Assembly: GCF_045037415.1 (NCBI RefSeq)
Contig: NZ_CP173438.1
Source of the DNA: Escherichia coli
GTDB lineage: Bacteria; Pseudomonadota; Gammaproteobacteria; Enterobacterales; Enterobacteriaceae
Direction: 5' to 3' (one strand)
Length of the DNA: 64,000 bases
This document shows positions 11,932 through 29,217 of the stretch, in pieces. The number at the start of each line of letters is the position of its first letter. The stretch's first letter is position 1. The position numbers and the translations under genes are program-made. The notes below the pieces were generated by a model. That model saw only the letters and a list, made by a program, of their open reading frames with translations, ran no database searches and was not told the origin of the DNA.

Positions 11932-14285
11932 ATGAAAAAACGTATCCCCACTCTCCTGGCCACCATGATTGCCACCGCCCTTTATAGTCAACAGGGACTG
12001 GCAGCCGACCTCGCCTCACAGTGCATGTTGGGCGTGCCAAGCTATGACCGTCCTCTGGTACAGGGCGATACCAATGACTTACCCGTGACTATCAATGCTG
12101 ACCACGCGAAAGGGGACTACCCGGATGACGCCGTGTTTACTGGCAGCGTGGATATCATGCAGGGTAACAGCCGTCTGCAGGCCGACGAAGTGCAGCTCCA
12201 TCAAAAGAGGCACCAGGACAACCGGAGCCGGTACGTACCGTTGATGCGCTCGGTAATGTCCATTACGACGATAACCAGGTGATCCTCAAAGGGCCGAAAG
12301 GCTGGGCGAATCTGAACACCAAAGATACCAACGTCTGGGAAGGTGATTACCAGATGGTGGGTCGCCAGGGGCGCGGTAAAGCGGACCTGATGAAACAACG
12401 TGGCGAAAACCGCTATACCATTCTGGATAACGGTAGCTTTACCTCCTGTCTGCCGGGTTCTGACACCTGGAGCGTGGTAGGTAGCGAAATTATTCATGAC
12501 CGCGAAGAACAAGTTGCGGAGATCTGGAACGCCCGCTTTAAGGTGGGTCCGGTACCGATCTTTTATAGCCCGTATTTGCAGTTGCCGGTGGGTGACAAAC
12601 GTCGCTCTGGTTTCTTGATCCCGAACGCCAAGTACACCACCACCAACTACTTTGAGTTCTACCTGCCATATTACTGGAACATCGCGCCAAATATGGATGC
12701 CACCATCACGCCGCATTATATGCATCGTCGTGGCAACATCATGTGGGAGAACGAATTCCGCTACCTCTCCCAGGCGGGCGCTGGCTTGATGGAACTGGAC
12801 TATCTGCCTTCAGATAAAGTCTATAAAGATGAACACCCGAACGATGACAGTTCACGTCGTTGGTTGTTCTACTGGAACCACTCCGGGGTCATGGATCAGG
12901 TGTGGCGTTTCAACGTCGACTACACCAAAGTCAGCGATCCTAGCTACTTCAATGACTTCGATAACAAATACGGTTCCAGTACCGACGGCTACGCAACGCA
13001 AAAATTCAGCGTTGGCTATGCGGTGCAAAACTTCAATGCCACCGTTTCAACCAAGCAGTTCCAGGTCTTCAGCGAGCAGAACACCAGTAGCTACTCGGCA
13101 GAGCCGCAGTTAGACGTTAACTACTACCAGAATGATGTTGGTCCGTTTGATACGCGTATTTACGGTCAGGCAGTGCACTTTGTTAACACCAGAGACGACA
13201 TGCCTGAAGCAACCCGTGTTCACCTGGAACCGACCATCAATCTGCCGCTCTCTAATAACTGGGGCAGCATCAATACCGAAGCGAAGTTGCTGGCAACCCA
13301 TTATCAGCAAACCAATCTTGACTGGTATAACTCCAGAAACACGACCAGGCTGGCAGAGTCCGCTAACCGTGTAATGCCGCAGTTCAAGGTAGACGGTAGA
13401 ATGGTCTTCGAGCGTGATATGGAAATGCTGGCGCCGGGCTATACCCAGACACTGGAACCACGCGCGCAGTATCTGTATGTGCCATATCGCGATCAGAGCA
13501 AAATCTATAACTACGACTCTTCGCTGCTGCAATCTGACTACTCCGGCCTGTTCCGGGACCGGACTTACGGCGGTCTTGACCGTATTGCCTCCGCTAACCA
13601 GGTGACGACCGGTGTCACATCTCGCATATATGATGATGCTGCCGTTGAACGTTTTAATATTTCCGTTGGTCAAATCTACTATTTCACGGAGTCTCGCACT
13701 GGCGATGACAACATAACATGGGAGAATGACGACAAAACGGGCTCACTGGTATGGGCAGGCGATACTTACTGGCGCATCTCCGATCGTTGGGGATTGCGTG
13801 GCGGGATTCAGTACGATACACGTCTGGATAACGTAGCGACCAGTAACTCCAGCATTGAATACCGTCGTGATGAAGACCGTCTGGTACAGCTGAATTACCG
13901 TTACGCCAGCCCGGAATATATTCAGGCTACGCTGCCTAAGTACTATTCCACTGCTGAGCAATATAAGAATGGTATTTCGCAGGTAGGTGCCGTCGCCAGC
14001 TGGCCAATTGCCGATCGTTGGTCCATTGTTGGGGCCTACTACTACGACACCAATGCGAACAAGCAAGCCGACTCTATGTTAGGTGTGCAATACAGCTCCT
14101 GCTGCTATGCGATTCGCGTCGGTTACGAGCGGAAGCTGAACGGTTGGGATAACGATAAACAACATGCGGTATATGACAACGCAATCGGCTTTAACATCGA
14201 ACTTCGCGGCCTGAGCTCCAACTACGGTCTGGGTACGCAAGAGATGCTGCGTTCGAACATTCTGCCGTATCAAAACACTTTGTGA
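11932..14285 (+). pseudogene. lptD: LPS-assembly outer-membrane protein LptD, reading frame interrupted near 12203-12210
   Basis: ORFs 11932..12282 (116 aa) and 12279..14285 (668 aa) together give the 784-aa LptD; the frame changes immediately after ...ADEVQLHQK. One extra A in the A-run (caaaag to caaaaag) restores ...[35 protein letters not shown]. Confidence 0.85.
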
Positions 14286-14337
14286 TTTGTTGATTTACCA
14301 CGTAATCCGCAGTGCGGTTAATTGAAATGGAAAAAGT

Positions 14338-17431
<3,094 letters not shown>

Positions 17432-17433
17432 CG

Positions 17434-17811
17434 ATGATCAATTCGCCCCGAGTGTGTATTCAGGTTCAAAGCGTCTACATTGAGGCCCAATCTTCACCTG
17501 ATAATGAACGTTACGTTTTTGCTTATACCGTAACCATACGCAATCTGGGGCGAGCGCCAGTGCAGTTGTTGGGGCGTTACTGGCTGATCACCAATGGCAA
17601 TGGCCGTGAAACCGAAGTCCAGGGCGAAGGAGTGGTTGGCGTCCAGCCACTTATCGCGCCTGGCGAAGAGTACCAGTACACCAGCGGTGCAATCATTGAA
17701 ACCCCGCTGGGCACCATGCAGGGTCACTACGAAATGATCGATGAAAATGGCGTCCCTTTCAGCATCGACATTCCCGTATTCCGACTCGCCGTTCCCACAC
17801 TCATTCATTAA
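17434..17811 (+). CDS. apaG: ApaG protein
   Basis: Internal Met [19 protein letters not shown]... gives the 125-aa ApaG; track ORF has an 18-codon upstream extension overlapping rsmA. Confidence 0.9.
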   Translation: MINSPRVCIQVQSVYIEAQSSPDNERYVFAYTVTIRNLGRAPVQLLGRYWLITNGNGRETEVQGEGVVGVQPLIAPGEEYQYTSGAIIETPLGTMQGHYEMIDENGVPFSIDIPVFRLAVPTLIH

Positions 17812-17817
17812 AAGAAT

Positions 17818-18666
17818 ATGGCGACATACCTTATTGGCGACGTTCATGGTTGTTACGATGAACTGATCGCATTGCTGCATAAAGTAGAATTTACCCCTGG
17901 GAAAGATACCCTCTGGCTGACGGGCGATCTGGTCGCGCGCGGCCCGGGTTCGCTGGATGTTCTGCGCTATGTGAAATCCTTAGGCGACAGCGTACGTCTG
18001 GTGCTGGGTAATCACGATCTGCATCTGCTGGCGGTATTTGCCGGGATCAGCCGCAATAAACCGAAAGATCGCCTGACACCGCTGCTGGAAGCGCCGGATG
18101 CCGACGAGCTGCTTAACTGGCTGCGTCGCCAGCCTTTGCTGCAAATCGACGAAGAGAAAAAGTTGGTGATGGCCCACGCCGGGATCACGCCGCAGTGGGA
18201 TCTGCAGACCGCCAAAGAGTGCGCGCGCGATGTAGAAGCGGTGCTGTCGAGTGACTCCTATCCCTTCTTCCTTGATGCCATGTACGGCGATATGCCAAAT
18301 AACTGGTCACCGGAATTGCGGGGGCTGGGAAGACTGCGTTTTATCACCAACGCCTTTACCCGTATGCGTTTTTGCTTCCCGAACGGTCAACTGGATATGT
18401 ACAGCAAAGAATCGCCGGAAGAGGCCCCTGCCCCACTGAAACCGTGGTTTGCGATTCCTGGCCCCGTCGCTGAAGAGTACAACATCGCCTTTGGTCACTG
18501 GGCATCGCTGGAAGGCAAAGGTACGCCGGAAGGTATTTACGCGCTGGATACCGGCTGCTGCTGGGGTGGTACATTAACCTGCCTGCGCTGGGAAGATAAA
18601 CAGTATTTTGTCCAGCCGTCGAACCGGCATAAGGATTTGAGTGAGGGAGAGGCGGTAGCGTCTTAA
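17818..18666 (+). CDS. apaH: Bis(5'-nucleosyl)-tetraphosphatase (symmetrical)
   Basis: 282-aa [19 protein letters not shown]...; matches ApaH, with a slightly different C-terminus from the K-12 protein as I recall it. Confidence 0.95.
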   Translation: MATYLIGDVHGCYDELIALLHKVEFTPGKDTLWLTGDLVARGPGSLDVLRYVKSLGDSVRLVLGNHDLHLLAVFAGISRNKPKDRLTPLLEAPDADELLNWLRRQPLLQIDEEKKLVMAHAGITPQWDLQTAKECARDVEAVLSSDSYPFFLDAMYGDMPNNWSPELRGLGRLRFITNAFTRMRFCFPNGQLDMYSKESPEEAPAPLKPWFAIPGPVAEEYNIAFGHWASLEGKGTPEGIYALDTGCCWGGTLTCLRWEDKQYFVQPSNRHKDLSEGEAVAS

Positions 18667-18692
18667 ATCCCGTCGAGCATAAAATCTAATGC

Positions 18693-18977
18693 TCATTTAA
18701 TCAACGTTCGGTGCGCGCTGGCATCGCAAAATTTCGTTCCCAGCGCGTTAACTGGAACAGTTGCAGTCTCATGCGTCATGAGCACATATTCTTTGCCGTC
18801 TATCAGTAAAAGGATTGGGTTAAGCCGTTCTGGTGGGCGAATACGGCTAAATCGTTCAATAGGTGTTAATGGAATAACGATACGGCGATTAATCTCACCA
18901 ATAATGTCGCTGGTAACATCAATAACAAAGGGAAACGCGGCGTTCCTGCCGCGACTGCGGTATACCGTAAATTGCAT
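18693..18977 (-). CDS. ccdB: CcdB-family toxin (DNA gyrase poison), chromosomal copy
   Basis: 94-aa ORF MQFTVYRSRGRNAAFPFVIDVTSDIIGEINRRIVIPL... resembles F-plasmid CcdB (MQFKVY...VDVQSDII...VIPL); sits 3 nt after the ccdA stop. Confidence 0.85.
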   Translation of the reverse strand: MQFTVYRSRGRNAAFPFVIDVTSDIIGEINRRIVIPLTPIERFSRIRPPERLNPILLLIDGKEYVLMTHETATVPVNALGTKFCDASAHRTLIK

Positions 18978-18979
18978 CG

Positions 18980-19213
18980 CTAGAAGCTCCGGTACTCATC
19001 AGAGAAACATCCGGTTTCATCAGCCAATTGATTTAACGCAGCGATAGCTTCTGCGTTCTCTTCACGCCAACGTGTTGCTGCATGTTTTTTAAGTTCAGCA
19101 TTGAGCGCAACCGTAAGGGTGGCGCTCATATTTAAGCCTGCATCACGAGCGCGATTGACTAACTCACGGTCGACGGTGACGGTCACACTTTGTGTGGTAC
19201 GTTTTGCAGTCAT
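18980..19213 (-). CDS. ccdA: CcdA-family antitoxin, chromosomal copy
   Basis: 77-aa ORF MTAKRTTQSVTVTVDRELVNRA...RWREENAEAIAALNQLADETGCFSDEYRSF resembles F CcdA (ITVTVD...RWKAENQEGM...F.DE.R); classic antitoxin-then-toxin order. Confidence 0.85.
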   Translation of the reverse strand: MTAKRTTQSVTVTVDRELVNRARDAGLNMSATLTVALNAELKKHAATRWREENAEAIAALNQLADETGCFSDEYRSF

Positions 19214-19298
19214 GATCTCGTGCTCCTGTACAATTTATACGTCTAGTATACACGGATATCTGCACGTATCAGTGATGCCGGAATTCTAATATACGAAA
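19214..19298 (-). promoter_or_regulatory. Putative ccd promoter / operator region
   Basis: Short palindromic elements (tgtacaatttatacgtctagtatacacgg) immediately upstream of ccdA; inferred from TA autoregulation. Confidence 0.35.
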
Positions 19299-21824
<2,526 letters not shown>

Positions 21825-21832
<8 letters not shown>

Positions 21833-22355
21833 GATGTGCCTCCTGCCATTCCAGCAGACGTTGCTTATAGTGCCGCGCCTGCCCTTCGAGGGTTTCGTCG
21901 TCACAAATAAAGGTGCAGTGCATGGCAAACGGTGGCAGCCAGTTCAGCCCGCAGTAGATTGCCGTCGCCTGTAGCGGCTGCGACAGCACATCAAAGCCCG
22001 GATGCGCACCAATCTCAAAATGGCTTTCCCCGCCGCCGGTCGTCACCGCCCACAGCAAATGTTTGCCGTGCAGCGCCGTGCCGCCGTGACCGTAAGCCCA
22101 GCCGTGCGAGAAAACTTTATCGATCCAAAGTTTAAGAAGCGGTGGAATGCTGTACCACTGCATCGGGTGCTGCCAGACGATCAGATCGGCACGAGACAGC
22201 GCCTCCTGTTCGGCGGCAATGTCGATATTGAAGTCAGGATAGAGTTGATAAAGAGAGCGAATTTCGACGCCTTCCAGCGTCCTTGCCTGTTCAAGCATCC
22301 GTTTATTCGCATGGGAATGATGCGGATATGGATGCGCATAAATTATAAGAATCAT
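21825..22355 (-). CDS. kefF: KefC ancillary flavoprotein / quinone oxidoreductase
   Basis: 176-aa [26 protein letters not shown]...; matches KefF. Confidence 0.95.
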
Positions 22356-22462
22356 AGGTAGCCCGCGTGATTACGCCTTTGTTTTCCCACAAAGTGTAGT
22401 CATATATTCACGCAGCTTATAGTCAATAATATTGATTCAGAAAAGAGAGAAATCTGAACAAA

Positions 22463-23794
22463 TTACCCCATTCTCTGCCCGCGGATCGTCATATTGCTGG
22501 TCTGCGCCAGTGACATCCCTCGAGTCTCCGGGGCAAACGCTACGGAAATCAACAAGCCAAATAGCGAGATACCCGCCCCCATTAGCATCGTGTTACTGAT
22601 ACCGTAATTATTGATAAAGATCGGCAGTGTCCAGGTCGATACAATAGTGCCAATACGGCTTAAGGACATAATCACGCCCACGGCAGAGGCGCGGATATCC
22701 GTCGGGAAGAGTTCATTAGGATAGAGCCACTGCAAATTACCCGGCCCGCCAGAGAAAAAGGCATACACCGCAAAGGCCATCACTACCAGCCAGATCCCCA
22801 TATCCGGGATCAGCCCCAAAACCGCCAGCGCCAGCGTCATCATGGCAAAGCTGCCAATCAACAATGGACGCCGTCCGGCAGTGTTTAGCCACAGCATCGG
22901 CGGAATACAGCCGAGCATAAAGAACAGGCTAATCACCACGTTCCCCAGTGCCGCGTTTTTGCCAACCCCCAATCCCAACAAACCAACGATTTGCGGGCCA
23001 AAGGTGTAAATGGCGAACATGGGGATCACCTGGCAGGTCCAGATAGCGGCAACAAACAGAACAAAAGGAAAATGGCGGCGATTAAACAGATCGCGAAAAC
23101 GGGTTTGCTGCGGCTGCTCTTCCTCGAAAGCCACCGGTTCGCCAAACAGTTTTATCATCATCTCTTCGCACTCTTTTACTCGCCCTTTGCGTAACAACCA
23201 GCGGGGAGATTCAGGCAGTTCGAATCGACCAATCAAAATCAACAAACAGGGAATCGCTGCGCTACCCAGCATCCAGCGCCAGCCGCCTTCCACATCATAA
23301 AGCCAATAGCCGACCAAATCGGCGCAGGTCGCGCCGACATACCACATCGCGGCAATAAAGCTGATGGAAAACGCCCGCTGACGGGTACTGGAGAACTCGG
23401 TGATCATTGAGGTGGCGATGGGATAATCCGCACCAATGACAATGCCGATAAGTACCCGCATCACCAACAGTTCGACGGGGGATGAGACAAACATCGTTGC
23501 CACCGATATCACGCCGATGGCGATGATATCAATGAGGAACATTTTGCGCCGTCCGACTTTATCGGAGATATAGCCAAACAGCGATGTGCCAACGAACAGC
23601 CCGGCGAGCGTTCCCGCGCCCAGCAAGCCAATCCAGTCAGCGTCCAGTTTCAGCGCCGGAGTCAGTTGCTCCAGCGCCACGCCAATCATTACCAGTACAT
23701 AACCATCCAGAAACGGACCACCGCTTCCCCACAGCAAAATGCGGCGGTGAATAGAGGAGAATTTAAGATCATCAAAGTTTCTGGACGGTTGCAT
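22463..23794 (-). CDS. yaaU: MFS-family transporter YaaU
   Basis: 443-aa multi-TM ORF; matches YaaU by position and sequence. Confidence 0.9.
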   Translation of the reverse strand: MQPSRNFDDLKFSSIHRRILLWGSGGPFLDGYVLVMIGVALEQLTPALKLDADWIGLLGAGTLAGLFVGTSLFGYISDKVGRRKMFLIDIIAIGVISVATMFVSSPVELLVMRVLIGIVIGADYPIATSMITEFSSTRQRAFSISFIAAMWYVGATCADLVGYWLYDVEGGWRWMLGSAAIPCLLILIGRFELPESPRWLLRKGRVKECEEMMIKLFGEPVAFEEEQPQQTRFRDLFNRRHFPFVLFVAAIWTCQVIPMFAIYTFGPQIVGLLGLGVGKNAALGNVVISLFFMLGCIPPMLWLNTAGRRPLLIGSFAMMTLALAVLGLIPDMGIWLVVMAFAVYAFFSGGPGNLQWLYPNELFPTDIRASAVGVIMSLSRIGTIVSTWTLPIFINNYGISNTMLMGAGISLFGLLISVAFAPETRGMSLAQTSNMTIRGQRMG

Positions 23795-23852
23795 GGGTTA
23801 TTCCTGTTTTTTTGCAATGAGAGTCAGTACGGCATTACGTATCAAACCAACA

Positions 23853-24140
23853 TCAGCCGTAACGGAACTCCACACCAAAGGTGCCGCGCGGGTATTCCCA
23901 CTGTTCCAGCGCCGACCCCAGCCCCAGAATGCGACAGGTGCCGCACTCCAGACATCCGGCGTAATCGAAGCGCACACTGCCGTCATCCCGCTTCTTGTAC
24001 AGACCTGCGGGGCACGCTTTCACCAGCAGCTCCAGGGCCTGTTTATCGGCATCGGCCTTCACAACAATGTGCGGATGCTCTTCATCGACATTGAATTTAT
24101 TGACGCCCAGTTTGACGTCCACATTGACGGGAGAAGTCAT
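23853..24140 (-). CDS. fixX: Ferredoxin-like protein FixX
   Basis: 95-aa ORF with Cys-rich ferredoxin motif (CLECGTC); 4-nt overlap with fixC. Confidence 0.93.
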   Translation of the reverse strand: MTSPVNVDVKLGVNKFNVDEEHPHIVVKADADKQALELLVKACPAGLYKKRDDGSVRFDYAGCLECGTCRILGLGSALEQWEYPRGTFGVEFRYG

Positions 24141-25423
24141 AAAACGGTCACTCCTTTCATGCCATCCTTGATCAGATTGATGAAGCCCACTTTCTTGCCG
24201 TGGCGGAGGATTTTCTTGCGCATCAGTTCCGGCGCACTGCCGTCAATGGTGAACAGGTCACGCGCCACGCCCACCGCCAGTTCCGGGTAGCCGTTAAACA
24301 TGCGTGGGTTATCAAGGAACGCCGGTAGTTTCTGGTACATGCGCATATCGCGCAGCGGGCCACTCTCAAGATGCTGACGATATTCCGCGAGTTTTTGCTT
24401 ACTGAAATCGTCGCTTTTCATCGCTGAAAGCACAGTTTTTGCTGCTGCTTCCCCGGCGGCAATCGCCAGATCCATACCGCGAATGGTAAAACCGAGGTTC
24501 ATACACATTCCGGCAGCATCACCGGCAATCAATACGCCGTCACCGACCAGCTCCGGCAGCATGTTGATGCCTGCTTCCGGCACTACGTGAGCGGAATATT
24601 CCACCAGCTTGCCGCCCGCGATCAGCGGTGCAACGGCCGGATGTTGTTTGAAATCTTCCAGCATTTGCGGCACCGATTTTTTTGCGTCATGCAGATGATG
24701 GAGACCACAAACCAGCCCCAGCGACAGGGTATTTTCATTGGTATAAAGGAAGCCACCGCCCATCAGGCCATCGGTGGGTGATCCCGCAAACAGGCAAGCC
24801 GCGCCCTGATTACCCTGCAACTGAAAACGGTCTTCAATAACCGACTTCGGTAACTCGATCAGTTCCTTCACGCCAACCGCCACATCCGTCGGTTTAACGC
24901 GTTTTGCCATCCCCAGCTTTTCGGCAAGGATGGAATTCACCCCATCAGCAAGGATCACCGTTTTCGCTTCAATCACATCGCCATCGGCTTCTACACCGAC
25001 GACTTTGCCATCGCGCTGTACGAGGTTATCGACGCGGATCCCGGTAATTAACTGCGCGCCCGCTTCTTCGGCCTGCTCCATCAGCCAGGCATCAAATTTA
25101 CTGCGCAAAACGGAGTAAGAACGCTGGGATGGAGAGGTTTCGTCGCCATTGCAGTAGTCCATAGTCATCGCTGACTTTTCCGTCATAAACGCAAGTTTTT
25201 CATGGGTGATCAGGCGTTCTACGGGGGCGGAGTCAGCGAAACCAGGAATAATGTGTTCCAGACTGTGGGCATAGAGACGCCCGCCAGTGACGTTCTTGGC
25301 ACCTGCGGAATTGCCTCGCTCGATAACTAACACTTGCGCACCTTCGCGGGCGAGCACCAGTGCGGCAACCGAACCGGCAAGCCCTGCACCGACGATGATG
25401 GCGTCAAAGATATCTTCGGACAT
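24137..25423 (-). CDS. fixC: Electron-transfer flavoprotein-quinone oxidoreductase FixC
   Basis: 428-aa ORF with N-terminal FAD-binding fold (DAIIVGAGLAGS); matches FixC. Confidence 0.95.
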   Translation of the reverse strand: MSEDIFDAIIVGAGLAGSVAALVLAREGAQVLVIERGNSAGAKNVTGGRLYAHSLEHIIPGFADSAPVERLITHEKLAFMTEKSAMTMDYCNGDETSPSQRSYSVLRSKFDAWLMEQAEEAGAQLITGIRVDNLVQRDGKVVGVEADGDVIEAKTVILADGVNSILAEKLGMAKRVKPTDVAVGVKELIELPKSVIEDRFQLQGNQGAACLFAGSPTDGLMGGGFLYTNENTLSLGLVCGLHHLHDAKKSVPQMLEDFKQHPAVAPLIAGGKLVEYSAHVVPEAGINMLPELVGDGVLIAGDAAGMCMNLGFTIRGMDLAIAAGEAAAKTVLSAMKSDDFSKQKLAEYRQHLESGPLRDMRMYQKLPAFLDNPRMFNGYPELAVGVARDLFTIDGSAPELMRKKILRHGKKVGFINLIKDGMKGVTVL

Positions 25424-25473
25424 AAGAGCTCCCTGTCAGCGGCAGGGCCGGAATGCAGCCCTGCCAGAGTGGA

Positions 25474-26415
25474 TCAACGCGCTAAAGCTGCGGTCAGTGC
25501 CGGAAGGATCTTCACGGCGTCGCCAACAATGCCGTAATCCGCGTACTGGAAGATCGGCGCATTTTTATCTTTGTTGATGGCGAAAATGGTTTGCGACGCA
25601 TTAGCGCCAACCATGTGCTGGATCTGCCCGGAGATCCCCACCGCCAGGTACAATTCAGGTTTCAGCATCAGGTTGGAGATACCGACATAGCGTTCGTGCT
25701 CCATCCATTTTTCGTTTTCCGCCACCGGACGAGAACAGGCCAACTCCGCACCTATCGCCTTACAAAGCTGTTCTGCCAGCGCAATGTTCTCTTTGCTGCC
25801 AATACCGCGACCGACGCTGACCACCAGGCGGGCTTTGTCGAGATCGACGCTGTTGCTCTGACGCGCCTGGGTTGCCGTGCGGGTAATCGCCACAGCCGGA
25901 GCCTGCCACTCCACGGTGTGCGTTTCGCCAGTGCGTGACGCGTCTGGCTGAGCCGCATCGAACGTGCCGCTGCTGATGGTCAGTACCGCATACGGCGTGG
26001 CAATGCGTTCTTCGCCAATCGCCAGACCGCCGTAAACCATGTGTTTCACTGTCGCTTTACCGTCCTGCACGCTAACAGCGCTGGCATCGTTAGACACCGC
26101 CGCGTTAAGGCGGTAACCCAGTTTCGCCGCCAGTAATTTGCCGCGACGGGTGTTTGGCAACAGCACCAGACCGTCTGCGCCGTGCTGGCGAATAGTGTCA
26201 GCCATGACACCGGCGTAATCTTCGATCATCCGCTCGTCTGGTTTGCCGCTTAATTTCCAGACATGATTAGCGCCGAGCTGGATTGCCTGTGCGCCGTCGG
26301 CATCATTGAGGACGAACGTGTTGATTTGATTAGCTAAAGCCTGCGCACCGTTCATCAGTTCCGGCAGACGAGAAGGGGTATCGCTGAATACCCAGACTTG
26401 AGAAAACGTGTTCAT
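25474..26415 (-). CDS. fixB: Electron-transfer flavoprotein alpha subunit homologue FixB
   Basis: 313-aa ORF; matches FixB. Confidence 0.95.
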   Translation of the reverse strand: MNTFSQVWVFSDTPSRLPELMNGAQALANQINTFVLNDADGAQAIQLGANHVWKLSGKPDERMIEDYAGVMADTIRQHGADGLVLLPNTRRGKLLAAKLGYRLNAAVSNDASAVSVQDGKATVKHMVYGGLAIGEERIATPYAVLTISSGTFDAAQPDASRTGETHTVEWQAPAVAITRTATQARQSNSVDLDKARLVVSVGRGIGSKENIALAEQLCKAIGAELACSRPVAENEKWMEHERYVGISNLMLKPELYLAVGISGQIQHMVGANASQTIFAINKDKNAPIFQYADYGIVGDAVKILPALTAALAR

Positions 26416-26429
26416 AGCATCCCCTGTAA

Positions 26430-27200
26430 TTAAATGACTTTGCGAAGATTTTCAGCAAATGCGGCGATCTGTTCTTCGCCGTCGCCTTCAATCACGATGC
26501 GCTGACGCTCGCGCTGTTTCGGCGCGGCAACCTGTTGTTCTGACCAGGCTGCCTCTGCGTTAAAACCGATATCCGCCGCCGACCATACCTGGACTGGCTT
26601 TTTCGCCGCGCCGAGAATGGCTTTCATCGAAGGAATTTGTGGGGAGTTGATATCAGTGGAAACAGCAACAACCGCAGGCAGCGGAATGCTTAAGGTTTCT
26701 GTTTCATCTTCCAGTTCGCGCTCAACGGTGAGGGTATCTGCCGTCAGGGAGATAATTTTGCTGACGCCGTTAACTGCCGGAATATTAAGGATTTCGCCTA
26801 CCAGCAAACCAACCTGCTGGGCATAAAGGTCGGAAGAACCATCGCCACAGAGGATCAAATCAAAGCCTGCTTTCTGAGCGGCTGCAGCAAGTACGCTCGC
26901 CGTTTGTTGCGGCAGTGCCTGCTCGAACTGGTCATCAATCACCACAATCAGTTCATCCGGACCGCGCGATAGCACATCTTTACGCCCTTTGGCGTTGGTC
27001 AGGGCTTTACCGCCCACACTTAAGGCCGTCACCTGCGCCTCTGCTGCCTGTTGCTTTAGCTGGCAAGCCGCTTCAATAGCGTTGAGATCGTATTGGCTTA
27101 TTTTGGCATCGGCTTTGCTGAAGTCTAACGAACCATCAGCATTATTGACCGCAATATCCTGTTCATCAGGCACGCACTTATAGCAAGTAATAATCTTCAT
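26430..27200 (-). CDS. fixA: Electron-transfer flavoprotein beta subunit homologue FixA
   Basis: Internal Met [20 protein letters not shown]... gives the 256-aa FixA; track ORF is 21 codons longer. Confidence 0.93.
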
Positions 27201-27331
27201 TGCATCTCCAGAAATCATGAAGGAAACGTCGTTCATATCGGTGGTGTTAATTACAGATATCACGCCCTTTAATTTGGAAATAAAACTTTAATCACCAATA
27301 TTGAAAATGTCACACGCAGATAAATCCAACT

Positions 27332-27366
27332 TTCAATATTGTTAAGCTCCTCACCAATATTGAAAA
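27332..27366. promoter_or_regulatory. Inverted repeat TTTCAATATTG-N13-CAATATTGAAA, probable CaiF activator site
   Basis: Perfect 11-bp half-sites separated by 13 bp in the divergent cai/fix control region. Confidence 0.6.
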
Positions 27367-27388
27367 CATGGCGTAGCAAAAAGAAATT

Positions 27389-27423
27389 TTCAATATTGTT
27401 TTATGGATCACCAATATTGAAAG
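27389..27423. promoter_or_regulatory. Second inverted repeat TTTCAATATTG-N13-CAATATTGAAA, probable CaiF activator site
   Basis: Identical architecture to the site at 27332-27366; an additional orphan half-site lies at 27297-27307. Confidence 0.6.
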
Positions 27424-27517
27424 TCAGATGCTATTTTTTTACCCACAACAGAACATAACAAACTGATTAATAATCAAAATTAACAAAAAAATGCCCTCTA
27501 TTCACCCGAAACAAAAA

Positions 27518-27533
27518 TGTGACAACAATCACA
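27518..27533. promoter_or_regulatory. CRP binding site in caiT promoter
   Basis: TGTGA-caacaa-TCACA, a perfect match to the CRP half-site consensus, about 140 bp upstream of caiT. Confidence 0.65.
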
Positions 27534-27669
27534 GAATGCAGCTTATTGAATACCCATTATGAGTTAGCCATTAACGCGTCCACGAGGTTAATAATAATTA
27601 TATTAAATGTTAACAAAAATAAAACAAACGGGAACGCAAAATAAATATTCGTTTTCACAGTGGAATTAA

Positions 27670-29187
<1,518 letters not shown>

Positions 29188-29217
29188 TTAACCCCAAAAA
29201 TATCAAGAGGTTGAAAG

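Noticed and set aside
27293-27423. Possible CRISPR-like array (short repeats at regular intervals)
   Set aside because: Repeats are AT-rich palindromic half-sites of 11 bp in alternating orientation with 13-bp spacers inside a known divergent promoter; no cas genes and no CRISPR-length repeats or spacers. Interpreted as activator binding sites.
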